Part shown: one piece after another, positions 45,450 through 54,150 of the stretch
How positions within the stretch are numbered: position 1 is the stretch's first letter
Layout: each line of letters begins with the position of its first letter
Assembly: GCA_035283225.1 (NCBI GenBank)
Contig: DATEUG010000011.1
Coordinates: forward strand, 1-54,743
Direction: 5' to 3'
From: Patescibacteria group bacterium
GTDB taxonomy: Bacteria; Patescibacteriota; Microgenomatia; UBA1400; CG1-02-47-37
Length of the DNA stretch: 54,743 bases
Notes under the pieces: generated by a model
Told to the model about the DNA's origin: nothing
Database searches by the model: none
What the model saw: the letters and a program-made list of their open reading frames with translations, nothing else
Made by a program: the position numbers and the translations under genes

Positions 45450-46817
45450 ATGGAAGTGACCTTACCTCCCCTAGTAATTAAAGTGTTGTCTGTTTTGGAA
45501 AAAGCCGATTGCCAGGCTTATGTTGTCGGCGGGGCGGTGCGGGATATGCTGATGAATAAACCGGTAACCGATTGGGATTTTGCCACTGCCGCCAAACCGG
45601 AAACGATCGTTAAGTTATTTAAAGACGCTTTTTATGATAACCGCTTCGGCACCGTCGGTATTGCTGAAAAACATTTGGGGGGCAAGGGTGACGGGGTGAT
45701 GGAGATTACTACCTTTCGGACCGAATCAGGCTATTCTGACAAAAGACGACCGGATAAAGTTGAGTTTGCCGACAGTTTAAACGAAGATCTGCAAAGACGG
45801 GATTTTACCATTAACGCTATGGCTTTAAGGGTGCTTACCTACACTCAAGGGAAAGCCGAGATCGAAATAATTGATCCGTTCGGCGGGCAGGAAGATTTAA
45901 AGAAAAAACAAATTAAAGCGGTCGGCAATCCGGATCAGCGCTTCCAAGAAGATGCTTTACGTTTAATGCGGGCAATTAGAATCGGCGCCGAACTGGGATT
46001 TTCAATCGAGGCCAAGACGCTTAAAGCCATGGCTAAAAACGCGGCTTTAATTAACGACATTGCCAAGGAAAGAGTGCGGGATGAGCTAATAAAAATTATC
46101 GCTTCTAAGTTTCCCAAAGATGGAATTACCCTGCTTTTTACCTCAGGACTTTTGGAGCACATTTTGCCCGAGCTAATCACTACTCGAGGAGTGACCCAAG
46201 CCGGCCACCACACTAAAGATGTTTGGGATCACAGCCTGGATTCGCTGGCTGGCTGTCCTTCACCCGAACCAATTGTCAGATTGGCTACGCTTTTACATGA
46301 TATCGGCAAACCGGCATCCAAAAAAAATCTCGGCCGCGGCAAAGAGATTACTTTTTACAATCACGAGGTAATCGGCGCCAGGATGGTAAAGGCAATTGCC
46401 CGGCGCTTAAAGTTTTCCAAAAAAGAAATTGATTTATTGTGGTTACTCACCCGCTGGCACATGTTTGCCTATGAACCAAAAATGACTGACAAGGCGATTC
46501 GCCGCTTCATCCGCCGGGTGGAGATTGTTAACATCGATAAAATGATGATGTTAAGAGTCGGTGACCGGATTGGCGGCGGCAGTAAAGCCACTTCCTGGAG
46601 ATTGCAGGAATTAAGGCGACGGATTGACGAGGTGCTTCAGACCCCAATGCAGATTAACGATTTAAAGGTTAATGGCCATGACGTGATGAAATTGTTGAAT
46701 TTACCGGCGGGGCCAAAAGTGGGTCAAATTTTAAACAAGTTATTTGAGGAAGTAATGGAAGACGCTAAGAAAAACGACCGGGACTATTTATTAAAACGAA
46801 TAAAAGAAATCTTTTAG
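45450..46817 (+). CDS. cca: CCA-adding tRNA nucleotidyltransferase with HD domain
   Basis: The class II polymerase-beta head has GGAVRD and RRDFTINAM. HD domain has LLHDIGKP. Confidence 0.9.
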   Translation: MEVTLPPLVIKVLSVLEKADCQAYVVGGAVRDMLMNKPVTDWDFATAAKPETIVKLFKDAFYDNRFGTVGIAEKHLGGKGDGVMEITTFRTESGYSDKRRPDKVEFADSLNEDLQRRDFTINAMALRVLTYTQGKAEIEIIDPFGGQEDLKKKQIKAVGNPDQRFQEDALRLMRAIRIGAELGFSIEAKTLKAMAKNAALINDIAKERVRDELIKIIASKFPKDGITLLFTSGLLEHILPELITTRGVTQAGHHTKDVWDHSLDSLAGCPSPEPIVRLATLLHDIGKPASKKNLGRGKEITFYNHEVIGARMVKAIARRLKFSKKEIDLLWLLTRWHMFAYEPKMTDKAIRRFIRRVEIVNIDKMMMLRVGDRIGGGSKATSWRLQELRRRIDEVLQTPMQINDLKVNGHDVMKLLNLPAGPKVGQILNKLFEEVMEDAKKNDRDYLLKRIKEIF

Positions 46818-46841
46818 CCTATCACACACCGGGTGTGTGAT
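46818..46841 (+). repeat. REP-like hairpin repeat, full copy
   Basis: CCTATCACACACCGGGTGTGTGAT. Starts directly after the cca stop and ends 4 nt from the transposase stop codon. Confidence 0.85.
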
Positions 46842-46845
46842 CTAA

Positions 46846-47535
46846 CTACTCGCCTTCTGGATTTTCAAGCATCACATGCTTAATCATTGATAGTTCCCTT
46901 TGATATTCTGCTTCGTTAGAAATAAATTCATCGTAGCTTCCGGAATTTCTAAAATAATCAAGAATAATATCTTTTTGGCAAATTTTATTTTGATTTATTC
47001 CTAAGTATTCTGGTAATGAAGAATAAGAATATTCTTGCAATTCTTCCATAGATTTGACAATGCCGGCACTATAAGGATTAAGATGAATATAACGGGAGGT
47101 GTGCAATAATTGTTGTTCTGTTTCGATTCTTATCGATTTAAATCTGCCTTGGAAAATTGGTCCAATTCTTTTGTTTTTGACATTAAAGTAATGCGTATAA
47201 CTTTCAGAAAATCTACGCATGAATTCTGAAATACCATTATCGGTTGTTTGCTTTAATAAAAAATGGAAATGATTCGGCATTAAGCAGTAACAAATTATTT
47301 CTACAAAGAATTTTTGCAATTGATCTAACTTTAATAAAGTTTCCGACTTAACTGATTGCGGCAAGCGAGAAAAGTAAGAATAGCGAATTGGGGGTCTTTG
47401 ATGTCTGTAGTAAAAAACAGCTTCTAAGAAACGATGGTGATAACGATCATCAAGAAAAATTGGCATAGAGGCAACTCCGCGATTAACTATGTGATAAATT
47501 TCACCTGTAACTAAGGGGTCTTTTCTAACGGGCAT
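46846..47535 (-). CDS. IS200/IS605-type Y1 (HUH) transposase-like protein, RAYT-like
   Basis: YHIVNRG, HUH motif CYCLMPNHFHFLLK, GPIFQGRFKS, and catalytic-Tyr motif SRYIHLNPYSAGIV. Start set at ATG 47535 (MPVRKD). Confidence 0.85.
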   Translation of the reverse strand: MPVRKDPLVTGEIYHIVNRGVASMPIFLDDRYHHRFLEAVFYYRHQRPPIRYSYFSRLPQSVKSETLLKLDQLQKFFVEIICYCLMPNHFHFLLKQTTDNGISEFMRRFSESYTHYFNVKNKRIGPIFQGRFKSIRIETEQQLLHTSRYIHLNPYSAGIVKSMEELQEYSYSSLPEYLGINQNKICQKDIILDYFRNSGSYDEFISNEAEYQRELSMIKHVMLENPEGE

Positions 47536-47544
47536 TAGCTTTAA

Positions 47545-47567
47545 TCTATCACACACCGGGTGTGTGA
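47545..47567 (+). repeat. REP-like hairpin repeat, full copy
   Basis: TCTATCACACACCGGGTGTGTGA, 10 nt upstream of the transposase ATG. Same orientation as the other copies. Confidence 0.85.
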
Positions 47568-47574
47568 ATGAGTA

Positions 47575-48447
47575 CTAGCGCTTCTTATTTATTAAGTTTT
47601 CCCAGACTACCAGAAGCGGCGCGGCGGTAAAGGTGCTCGAATAGGTACCGGTGATGGTACCGATAAGTAAAGCAAAAATAAACCAACGAATGGTTTCTCC
47701 GCCCAGTAAAAATAAAGCTAATAACATAAAGATAATTGTTAAGGAATTATTGATCGACCGGGTTAGGGTTTGATTGATTGAGCGATTAACCACTTCACCA
47801 TAAGATAAGTGAGGTTCGTTATTTAAGGTTTCCCTGATTCTGTCATAAACCACAATCGTGTCGTGCACTGAAAAAGATAAGATGGTTAAGACCGCTGTTA
47901 CCAGCAAAGAGTCGGCTTGAGCCCCGAAGTAAACGCTGGCGATGCTGTAAGTACCGATTAAAATCAAGGTGTCGTGAAGCATGGCTAAGACCGCACAGAT
48001 GCCGTACTTTTTATCTTTAAACCGGATCGCCACATAGACCAAAATAAAACCGGCAGCCAGGATTATTCCGATAATGGTTTTTTTGATTAATTCTTGCCCC
48101 AAGGTCGGACCAACGCTGGAAAACCTTTTTTCCTCAACTGGCCCAAGCTGATCAGCCAAATCCTGCTGGAGCTTAACGCTTGACGCCTGATCCAGTTTTT
48201 GCGCCCGAATAATAAAACTGTTAACCCCACTTTGCTGAACCGTTGTCCCGGGCAGTTTTGCCTGCGCTACCTCGTTTAAGGCCGCCTGTGACACCGCGCC
48301 GCCGGTAAATCTAAGCTCCAGTAAAGCTCCCCCGGTAAAGTCGGCCGACGGATTTAAACCATAGCGAATTAAAAAATAACTTGAAGGCAAGATCACTAAA
48401 AGTGATAAAAGAAAATAGATGGTTCTGTATTTAATAAAGTTAATCAT
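47575..48447 (-). CDS. secF: Protein translocase subunit SecF
   Basis: 6-TM SecF profile (FTGGALLEL, HDTLILIG, and the IVVYDRIRE motif). Overlaps the secD stop. Confidence 0.9.
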   Translation of the reverse strand: MINFIKYRTIYFLLSLLVILPSSYFLIRYGLNPSADFTGGALLELRFTGGAVSQAALNEVAQAKLPGTTVQQSGVNSFIIRAQKLDQASSVKLQQDLADQLGPVEEKRFSSVGPTLGQELIKKTIIGIILAAGFILVYVAIRFKDKKYGICAVLAMLHDTLILIGTYSIASVYFGAQADSLLVTAVLTILSFSVHDTIVVYDRIRETLNNEPHLSYGEVVNRSINQTLTRSINNSLTIIFMLLALFLLGGETIRWFIFALLIGTITGTYSSTFTAAPLLVVWENLINKKR

Positions 48448-49703
48448 TGGTTTATTTTTTTAAAGTAAGTTAATCGCATTAGGTTACGGGTAATGACAAT
48501 TCCTGTCACCAGACTTAAAATCACCCCGATTAATAAGGTTAAGGCAAAGCCGCGGACTAGCCCTGACGAATTCAGCCAATTGAAATTAAATGGATTTAAT
48601 AAAATTAAACTGACAACGATGGTGGTAATGTTGGCGTCTTTAATTGCATCCCAAGCCCGGCCAAAGCCCAAATGCATCGCTACTCCAAAAGGTTTGCCGG
48701 CTTTTAATTCTTCCTTTAAGCGCTCGAAAATCAAAATGTTGGCGTCAACCGCCATCCCCATGGATAAAATAAAACCAGCCACACCCGGCAAGGTTAAAGT
48801 TACCGGAATTAATCGATAAACCGCTAAAGTAAGCAGGCCGTAAATTAATAAAGCAATATCCGCCAGCAAGCCGTTAAGCCGGTAAACTAAAATCATAAAG
48901 CCCATGACTAATCCCAAGCCGACGATGCCGGCCCTAACGCTGGCGTTAACCGCCGCTGAACCCAGGCTGGCAGAAATATTGGTTTGCTCAATAATTTTGG
49001 TCGGCACCGGCAAAGCCCCGGCATTAAGCTGAATCACTAATTGAGAAGCGTTATCGGTGGTAAATTGGCCGGAAATTACTGCCCGGCCATCAAGGATGGG
49101 TTCATTAACAATTGGCGCGGTGACCAGTTGATCATCCAAAAAAATCGCCAGGGGTTTACCGACGTTCCTTTGGGTAATGGCAGCAAACTTTTGCGCCCCC
49201 TCATTAGTAAACTCCAATGACACTGTCGGCTGGCTCCCTGCCTGCTGCTGGTTAAAAGTGACGGCGGCTTTGGTTAAGTCGCTGCCGGTTAAACCGGTGG
49301 AAACAAAAATCATCTGGCCGCTGGTAGCACTATCTGTGGCTACGTTCTCCCGAAAATCTAATTGAGCGGTTTTGCCAATTAGCTCAATCGCCTGGTTGAT
49401 ATCAGTCACCCCCGGCAACTCGACGATTAAACGATAGGAGTCAGGCGTAATCGCGGTTTGAATCACTGGTTCCGCTACCCCGTATAAATCGACACGTTTG
49501 GCCACGACTGTTTTTAAAGAATTTAGAGCTGACTCACGATCGCCCGGATTAATCGCGCTCATGTCCGCTTCCAGCAATAAATGGCTGCCGCCGACTATAT
49601 CCAAACCGAACTTTAAGGTTTTGGCCGACCACAAGTTAATCGCAATCCCTGCGGCCAATAAAACCAAAATCAAAAATAAACTACGATACCATTTCTTCTT
49701 CAT
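48444..49703 (-). CDS. secD: Protein translocase subunit SecD
   Basis: LGLDIVGGSHLLLEA, a periplasmic P1 domain, C-terminal 5 TM with GMAVDANILIFERLKEE. Confidence 0.9.
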   Translation of the reverse strand: MKKKWYRSLFLILVLLAAGIAINLWSAKTLKFGLDIVGGSHLLLEADMSAINPGDRESALNSLKTVVAKRVDLYGVAEPVIQTAITPDSYRLIVELPGVTDINQAIELIGKTAQLDFRENVATDSATSGQMIFVSTGLTGSDLTKAAVTFNQQQAGSQPTVSLEFTNEGAQKFAAITQRNVGKPLAIFLDDQLVTAPIVNEPILDGRAVISGQFTTDNASQLVIQLNAGALPVPTKIIEQTNISASLGSAAVNASVRAGIVGLGLVMGFMILVYRLNGLLADIALLIYGLLTLAVYRLIPVTLTLPGVAGFILSMGMAVDANILIFERLKEELKAGKPFGVAMHLGFGRAWDAIKDANITTIVVSLILLNPFNFNWLNSSGLVRGFALTLLIGVILSLVTGIVITRNLMRLTYFKKINQ

Positions 49704-50268
49704 CGCCGATAAGCATTACCCGCCCGGCCATCAAGATCCGAGTCAAAAACGGATCGCGTCGGGATTTTCTGAAAGTAAATTCCTCGCTGGTCATTGGCGC
49801 ATAATTAATTTCTTTTTCCCGCTGACTTTCAGCCGTTCTGACTAATCGATTTAATTCGGGAATGATTAATTTGGTACCAACTATTAATAAATCAATATCT
49901 TCATCAGATTTTCTGGGCATGTACCGGGCATATCGGCCGGCAAGCAAGGCATATTTAATGTTGCCGAATTTATTGTGGTGTTTGATAATTTCCGCGCCCA
50001 AACCGGTGGTTTTGGCTACCAAGCTGATTAAATCCTGATAAAAAGGATAGGTTTTGATAAAAAAGTAATACAGCCGGTTAGCCCGGGGTTCGCTTTTAAT
50101 TAAACCCCTGGCTTCAAGCCGCGCCAGCTCACGCCTGACCGCATTAATTTCCTCGTCGGTTTCACGAACTAGCTGCCTAACATAAAACATTTCTTGGGGC
50201 TTATTAAGAAAAATCTGAATTAGCTTAACCCTGACTTTAGAAACAAATAAATCTTTCAGGTTGGCCAT
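49681..50268 (-). CDS. Winged-helix (ArsR/MarR-like) DNA-binding protein with C-terminal nucleotidyltransferase-like domain
   Basis: FYVRQLVRETDEEINAVRRELARLEARGLI is wHTH-like. The DIDLLIVG segment in the C-terminal half is typical of minimal nucleotidyltransferase folds. Confidence 0.5.
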   Translation of the reverse strand: MANLKDLFVSKVRVKLIQIFLNKPQEMFYVRQLVRETDEEINAVRRELARLEARGLIKSEPRANRLYYFFIKTYPFYQDLISLVAKTTGLGAEIIKHHNKFGNIKYALLAGRYARYMPRKSDEDIDLLIVGTKLIIPELNRLVRTAESQREKEINYAPMTSEEFTFRKSRRDPFLTRILMAGRVMLIGDEEEMVS

Positions 50269-50271
50269 ATC

Positions 50272-51471
50272 TTAGTAGCCAACTTCGTTCCCCGTCGGCA
50301 GTACCGAGATCCAAATTGGCCCTGGATTGAATTTAACTTCTTTGCCGGCGGCATCATAAAAAATAGTTCGGCTTAAGCGTTTGGCTTTGGCCCAACTGCC
50401 GTCTTCCACTTTCCCGTCTTTAAAAATTAAAGCCTTGCCTTTGCCGGTGGTGCCGTATAAAAGATGGACGTTGCCGGGATAGCCGTCGTTAGCATTTTTC
50501 TCGGTGGCAAACTGAACCACCAGATTTTTGGTGGTTAACTGACCGTTAGTGTTTAGGTCCAAATGCGGAGCAGCGCCGTTTAAGCGTTTGTAAAGATTAT
50601 TTTCTTTGTCGTACTGCCAGCTAACCTCGTAGGCGGTGTCTTCCCAGAAACCATAGTTAACACTGGCCAAGTCGCCCCGGTTGGCAAAATCGGCCTCGTC
50701 TTTGACAAACTGCCACGGTTCAAAAACTTTACTCCAAACCTCACCCTCTGGATCTTTATCGGTGTAGCCCCGTTTTTCAGCCACGGCCCAGAGTTTCTCG
50801 GTGGTGGAATACATCGTGTGCTCGGTGGCGACTGTCCGGCCCAAACGCTCGTAATCCCGCCAAAACGTCGGGTAACCGATAGAAAACTGATTCAAGTCGT
50901 TATTGGTTGCCCAGCCGTAGTCGCCGATTTGGCCTAAGGCGTCGGCCGGACCATCGGCATTAGCGCCGCCAACATGGACATATAAGGGAAAGTTGTACTC
51001 TGACGCCCAGTCCAAAAAGTAAGTCCGGGCGGACCGGACCGGACCAACAATCGGCTCATAGGCGGCCGCGTTGCAATAGAAAAGTGCCATAAACCGGGTG
51101 ATACCGCCTTCAGCCACCGCTTCGTAGACTAGGTCGGCGTCAGACAAGCCTGACTGCGGCCTGGCTTCCAGGTGATTTTCAATCATTACCGCCAGAGGCC
51201 TTCTTGCCTCCCAGATATTTTTTTCAGCTTTGGTATACAAAGCGCCGTTTAAGGGACACGATTCGGTTTTGGCGCCGATAACGTCAATTAAGGCTTTACG
51301 ATTGGGGTTAGTAGGCGCGGTCGACTCACTCCCCCCCTCGCCGGGCAAGGGCGAAGTGAAAATTGCAGCCACCGATGAACCCGAAAACCAAGAGTAAGAT
51401 AAACCGGCGCTTAATAAATAAACGCCAAGCATCAATAAAATGGAGAAGATTTTTTTCTTATTACTGGGCAT
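50272..51471 (-). CDS. DUF3048-family secreted protein (YerB-like)
   Basis: RPLAVMIENHLEARPQSGLSDADLVYEAVAEGGITRFMALF is the hallmark N-terminal DUF3048 block, from memory. Confidence 0.65.
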   Translation of the reverse strand: MPSNKKKIFSILLMLGVYLLSAGLSYSWFSGSSVAAIFTSPLPGEGGSESTAPTNPNRKALIDVIGAKTESCPLNGALYTKAEKNIWEARRPLAVMIENHLEARPQSGLSDADLVYEAVAEGGITRFMALFYCNAAAYEPIVGPVRSARTYFLDWASEYNFPLYVHVGGANADGPADALGQIGDYGWATNNDLNQFSIGYPTFWRDYERLGRTVATEHTMYSTTEKLWAVAEKRGYTDKDPEGEVWSKVFEPWQFVKDEADFANRGDLASVNYGFWEDTAYEVSWQYDKENNLYKRLNGAAPHLDLNTNGQLTTKNLVVQFATEKNANDGYPGNVHLLYGTTGKGKALIFKDGKVEDGSWAKAKRLSRTIFYDAAGKEVKFNPGPIWISVLPTGNEVGY

Positions 51472-51922
51472 CTTTGATTGCTTTGATTTCTTCTTTGCTT
51501 AATTCATGACCCGAGGCCCGCCCGTTTTTAACCGTTTTGGCATAAAATCGGGTGGTGTCCCGCGAGTGTAAAGAGCTTAGCACAAAACCAGTGTCGGTTT
51601 CATCTAGTAAACTTAAAACAAAACTCTGATCGCCGCCGGTCGCGGGAAAGGGATTAAACCTGACAAAACCAACCTTCTGGATGTGATGCGTGCTTTTGGC
51701 CTGCAACTGGTTTAAGTGCTTGATCAAATCGGCCATTTTCTGAGTTTGCTCATCACTCCGGTTTAATAACATGGTCAAGATGGTTTTTAAATCCTTTTTG
51801 GCAATATTTTGGGTCAGACGCTGATAATGAAGCATCATTTGAATCAACAAAATGGTGATAATGATCAGCCACACCAAAACCGCAATAGTCAAAATTGAAA
51901 GCAAACTTAAATCGAGAGACAT
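51461..51922 (-). CDS. DUF4446-family membrane-anchored protein
   Basis: TM anchor plus GFVRFNPFPATGGDQSFVLSLLDETDTGFVLSSLHSRD, typical of DUF4446, from memory. Confidence 0.65.
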   Translation of the reverse strand: MSLDLSLLSILTIAVLVWLIIITILLIQMMLHYQRLTQNIAKKDLKTILTMLLNRSDEQTQKMADLIKHLNQLQAKSTHHIQKVGFVRFNPFPATGGDQSFVLSLLDETDTGFVLSSLHSRDTTRFYAKTVKNGRASGHELSKEEIKAIKDAQ

Positions 51923-51929
51923 TATTTAA

Positions 51930-53006
51930 TTATACCAATAACTTTCCTGCCGCCAATACCGGCCGGCCATTGACTAAAACCTTTGATTCTTTTGCCGTCA
52001 TTGTCTTAACCAAGTCCCAGTGAAGCGATGACTGGTTTTTGCCGCCACCGTCTTTTAGATCGGGATAGCTACTGCCTAAAGCCATATGAATAGTGCCGCC
52101 GATTTTTTCGTCAAATAAGGTATTAAGCATCGGCCGCTTGATGCCGTAATTAGCGCCGATGGCAAATTCGCCCAGACGCTTAGCGCCGGCGTCGCTTGCT
52201 AAAGCCGCTTTTAAGTAGCGCTCGCCCTTGGCTGCAGTGGCTTTTACCACCCGACCGGCTCTAAAAGTTAATCGAACCTTCTCCACCACATTGCCGGACC
52301 TTAGCGAAGGCAAGTCAAAATAAACTTCGCCGTCTACTTTTGACTCAACCGGTGCCGAAAAGATTTCACCGTCAGGCAGGTTAAACTTACCGTCGCAAAT
52401 GGCAAAATAGCGATTAGTAAAACTTAAAGTTAAATGTGTTTGCGGGCCAATCACTTCAATCTTTTTAGCATTATCCAGCCGTCTTTTAAGGTTGGTTAAC
52501 TTTCGGCCCACGGCCGGCCAATCCTGGAGACAGGCTTTGAAATAAAGTTCCTCCAGCTGGCTTAACGACAAGCCTGCCGTTTGAGCCATGGATAATGACG
52601 GATACTCGGTTAGCACCCAAGGTTTTTTAAGCATGATTTTTTTAACCGGCTCTTGGGCCTTAGCCGCCTGCATTAAACGTTTGGGGTCAATCGATTTAAG
52701 TTCGCTGTTATTATTTGCCGAAAACAAGCGGATAAATTTATCTGCCCATTGGGCTAAAAATAAACCAATTTCCGGTTTTTTATTCAGCTGCGCCTGGCTG
52801 GCATTTTTAAAGAAAAAATAATCTAAGTCCCCGGGCGAAAAAATTAAGTGCGGAAAGGCTCCAACCAATAAACAGCGCTGGTAAACCGCTTGGGCTAAAG
52901 GTTTGGCGGCTTCGTTAGCCGAAATCAGGACTTTATCGCCCTTTTTTACCGCTACCGAATAGTCAGCTAAAATCCGGGCCAATTTAACATCGTTAGGGTG
53001 AATCAT
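51930..53006 (-). CDS. M29-family aminopeptidase (AmpS/PepS-like)
   Basis: LARILADYSV, EFAIGANYGI, GGTIHMALGSSY and HWDLV motifs. Confidence 0.8.
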   Translation of the reverse strand: MIHPNDVKLARILADYSVAVKKGDKVLISANEAAKPLAQAVYQRCLLVGAFPHLIFSPGDLDYFFFKNASQAQLNKKPEIGLFLAQWADKFIRLFSANNNSELKSIDPKRLMQAAKAQEPVKKIMLKKPWVLTEYPSLSMAQTAGLSLSQLEELYFKACLQDWPAVGRKLTNLKRRLDNAKKIEVIGPQTHLTLSFTNRYFAICDGKFNLPDGEIFSAPVESKVDGEVYFDLPSLRSGNVVEKVRLTFRAGRVVKATAAKGERYLKAALASDAGAKRLGEFAIGANYGIKRPMLNTLFDEKIGGTIHMALGSSYPDLKDGGGKNQSSLHWDLVKTMTAKESKVLVNGRPVLAAGKLLV

Positions 53007-53581
53007 AGGCTTAGTCGCATTTTAAGGTAATTTTTAAGTTTCCTCAAGGCTCTGGCCCGGTGGCTGACCCGGTCTTTTTGCTCCGGCCTGACCTGACCGA
53101 AAGTTTGGCCAAGTTTTGCCTCAAAAAAAATTGAATCGTAACCAAACCCGGTAGACCCTTGCTCGCTTTGACTAATTAAACCATCACACTTCCCGGCAAA
53201 AGTCTTTAAATTTTTCGTTTTTGGCTCATACCAGGCAATCACACATTCAAACCTGGCAGTTCGTCTGGCCTTTGCCACCCCGGTCAAAGAGCGCAAAATA
53301 TTGGCTCTGGCTTTACCAAAGTCGCCGTTAGTCCAGCGGGCCGATCTAAGGCCCGGCCGGCCCTGCAAATACTCAACAAATAAACCGGTGTCGTCAGCCA
53401 GTACCGGCAAAGGGGTTAATTTAGCGTGGGCTTTGGCTTTTAAAACCGCGTTGGCCCGTAAAGTTTTGCCGTTTTCATTAACAGCCGGAGGTTTTTTTAA
53501 AGTGATTAACTTATGCCTTGGCAATAAACGGCGGTACTCCGCCAGTTTATGCTTGTTGGTAGTGGCAATTACCAGTTTCAT
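53003..53581 (-). CDS. rdgB: Non-canonical purine NTP pyrophosphatase (RdgB/HAM1)
   Basis: LVIATTNKHKLAEY, LADDTGLFV and GFGYDSIF motifs. Confidence 0.85.
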   Translation of the reverse strand: MKLVIATTNKHKLAEYRRLLPRHKLITLKKPPAVNENGKTLRANAVLKAKAHAKLTPLPVLADDTGLFVEYLQGRPGLRSARWTNGDFGKARANILRSLTGVAKARRTARFECVIAWYEPKTKNLKTFAGKCDGLISQSEQGSTGFGYDSIFFEAKLGQTFGQVRPEQKDRVSHRARALRKLKNYLKMRLSL

Positions 53582-53605
53582 TAGGGTTTAGTATAATCTA
53601 TTTGC
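53582..53605. promoter_or_regulatory. 24-nt divergent promoter region with shared -10 (AGTATAAT)
   Basis: TATAAT (53592-53597) lies 8 nt upstream of ATG 53606. On the minus strand, TATACT (53595-53590) lies 8 nt upstream of rdgB ATG 53581. Confidence 0.55.
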
Positions 53606-54148
53606 ATGGAAAATCGCTGGCAATTAATCGGTTTATTAAAACTGGCCATTCTAACCCTGGTGGTGATCGTCAGCGGCTTACTTTTAGTCTGGCAAAATAA
53701 AACCCGCCGCCAAATCGTCATCCCTGGCAGCAGTGCCTCGATTTTAACCATTCCTTATCAGCAAACGCTTTATAAACATTTCGGCAATGCCATTAATCCC
53801 CAAATTGACCTGCCGGTTAAAACTGCTGCCGGTTATAAAACCTTAACTTTTTTAATCGACAGCGGCGCGGTGGTGTCGGCCTTGCCCCAAACGCTGGCCG
53901 CTGATTTGGGCACGGACATTACCCGTTTGCCCCGGATTACCATCGAAGGCTTTGCCGGACAAAAAACCTTTGCCTATAAAGGCGAGTTCGTAATAGTCTT
54001 AGGAAACAAAGAAGTGCCGATTCCGGTAGTCTTTTCCGAAAACCCGCAAGCTTCAAATATTTTGGGCCGGATCGGCTTTTTTGACCAATTTAATATCGAG
54101 TTTGACGCTGACACTAAGAGTATAATCATTACTAACAGAAAAGGATAA
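53606..54148 (+). CDS. Membrane-anchored retropepsin-like (clan AA) aspartic protease
   Basis: N-terminal TM. LTFLIDSGAVVSALP carries the D-S-G catalytic motif, and the C-terminal ILGRIGFF is a flap/dimer motif typical of retropepsin-like bacterial proteins. Confidence 0.6.
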   Translation: MENRWQLIGLLKLAILTLVVIVSGLLLVWQNKTRRQIVIPGSSASILTIPYQQTLYKHFGNAINPQIDLPVKTAAGYKTLTFLIDSGAVVSALPQTLAADLGTDITRLPRITIEGFAGQKTFAYKGEFVIVLGNKEVPIPVVFSENPQASNILGRIGFFDQFNIEFDADTKSIIITNRKG

Positions 54149-54150
54149 AT

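Larger units (their letters stand above)
46818..47567 (-). mobile_element. REP/RAYT-like unit: Y1 transposase gene bracketed by identical hairpin repeats
   Basis: Hairpin copies at 46818-46841 and 47545-47567 flank the CDS 46846-47535. The interior is AT-rich, at about 33% GC on a hand-counted line, against about 45% in cca. Confidence 0.7.
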
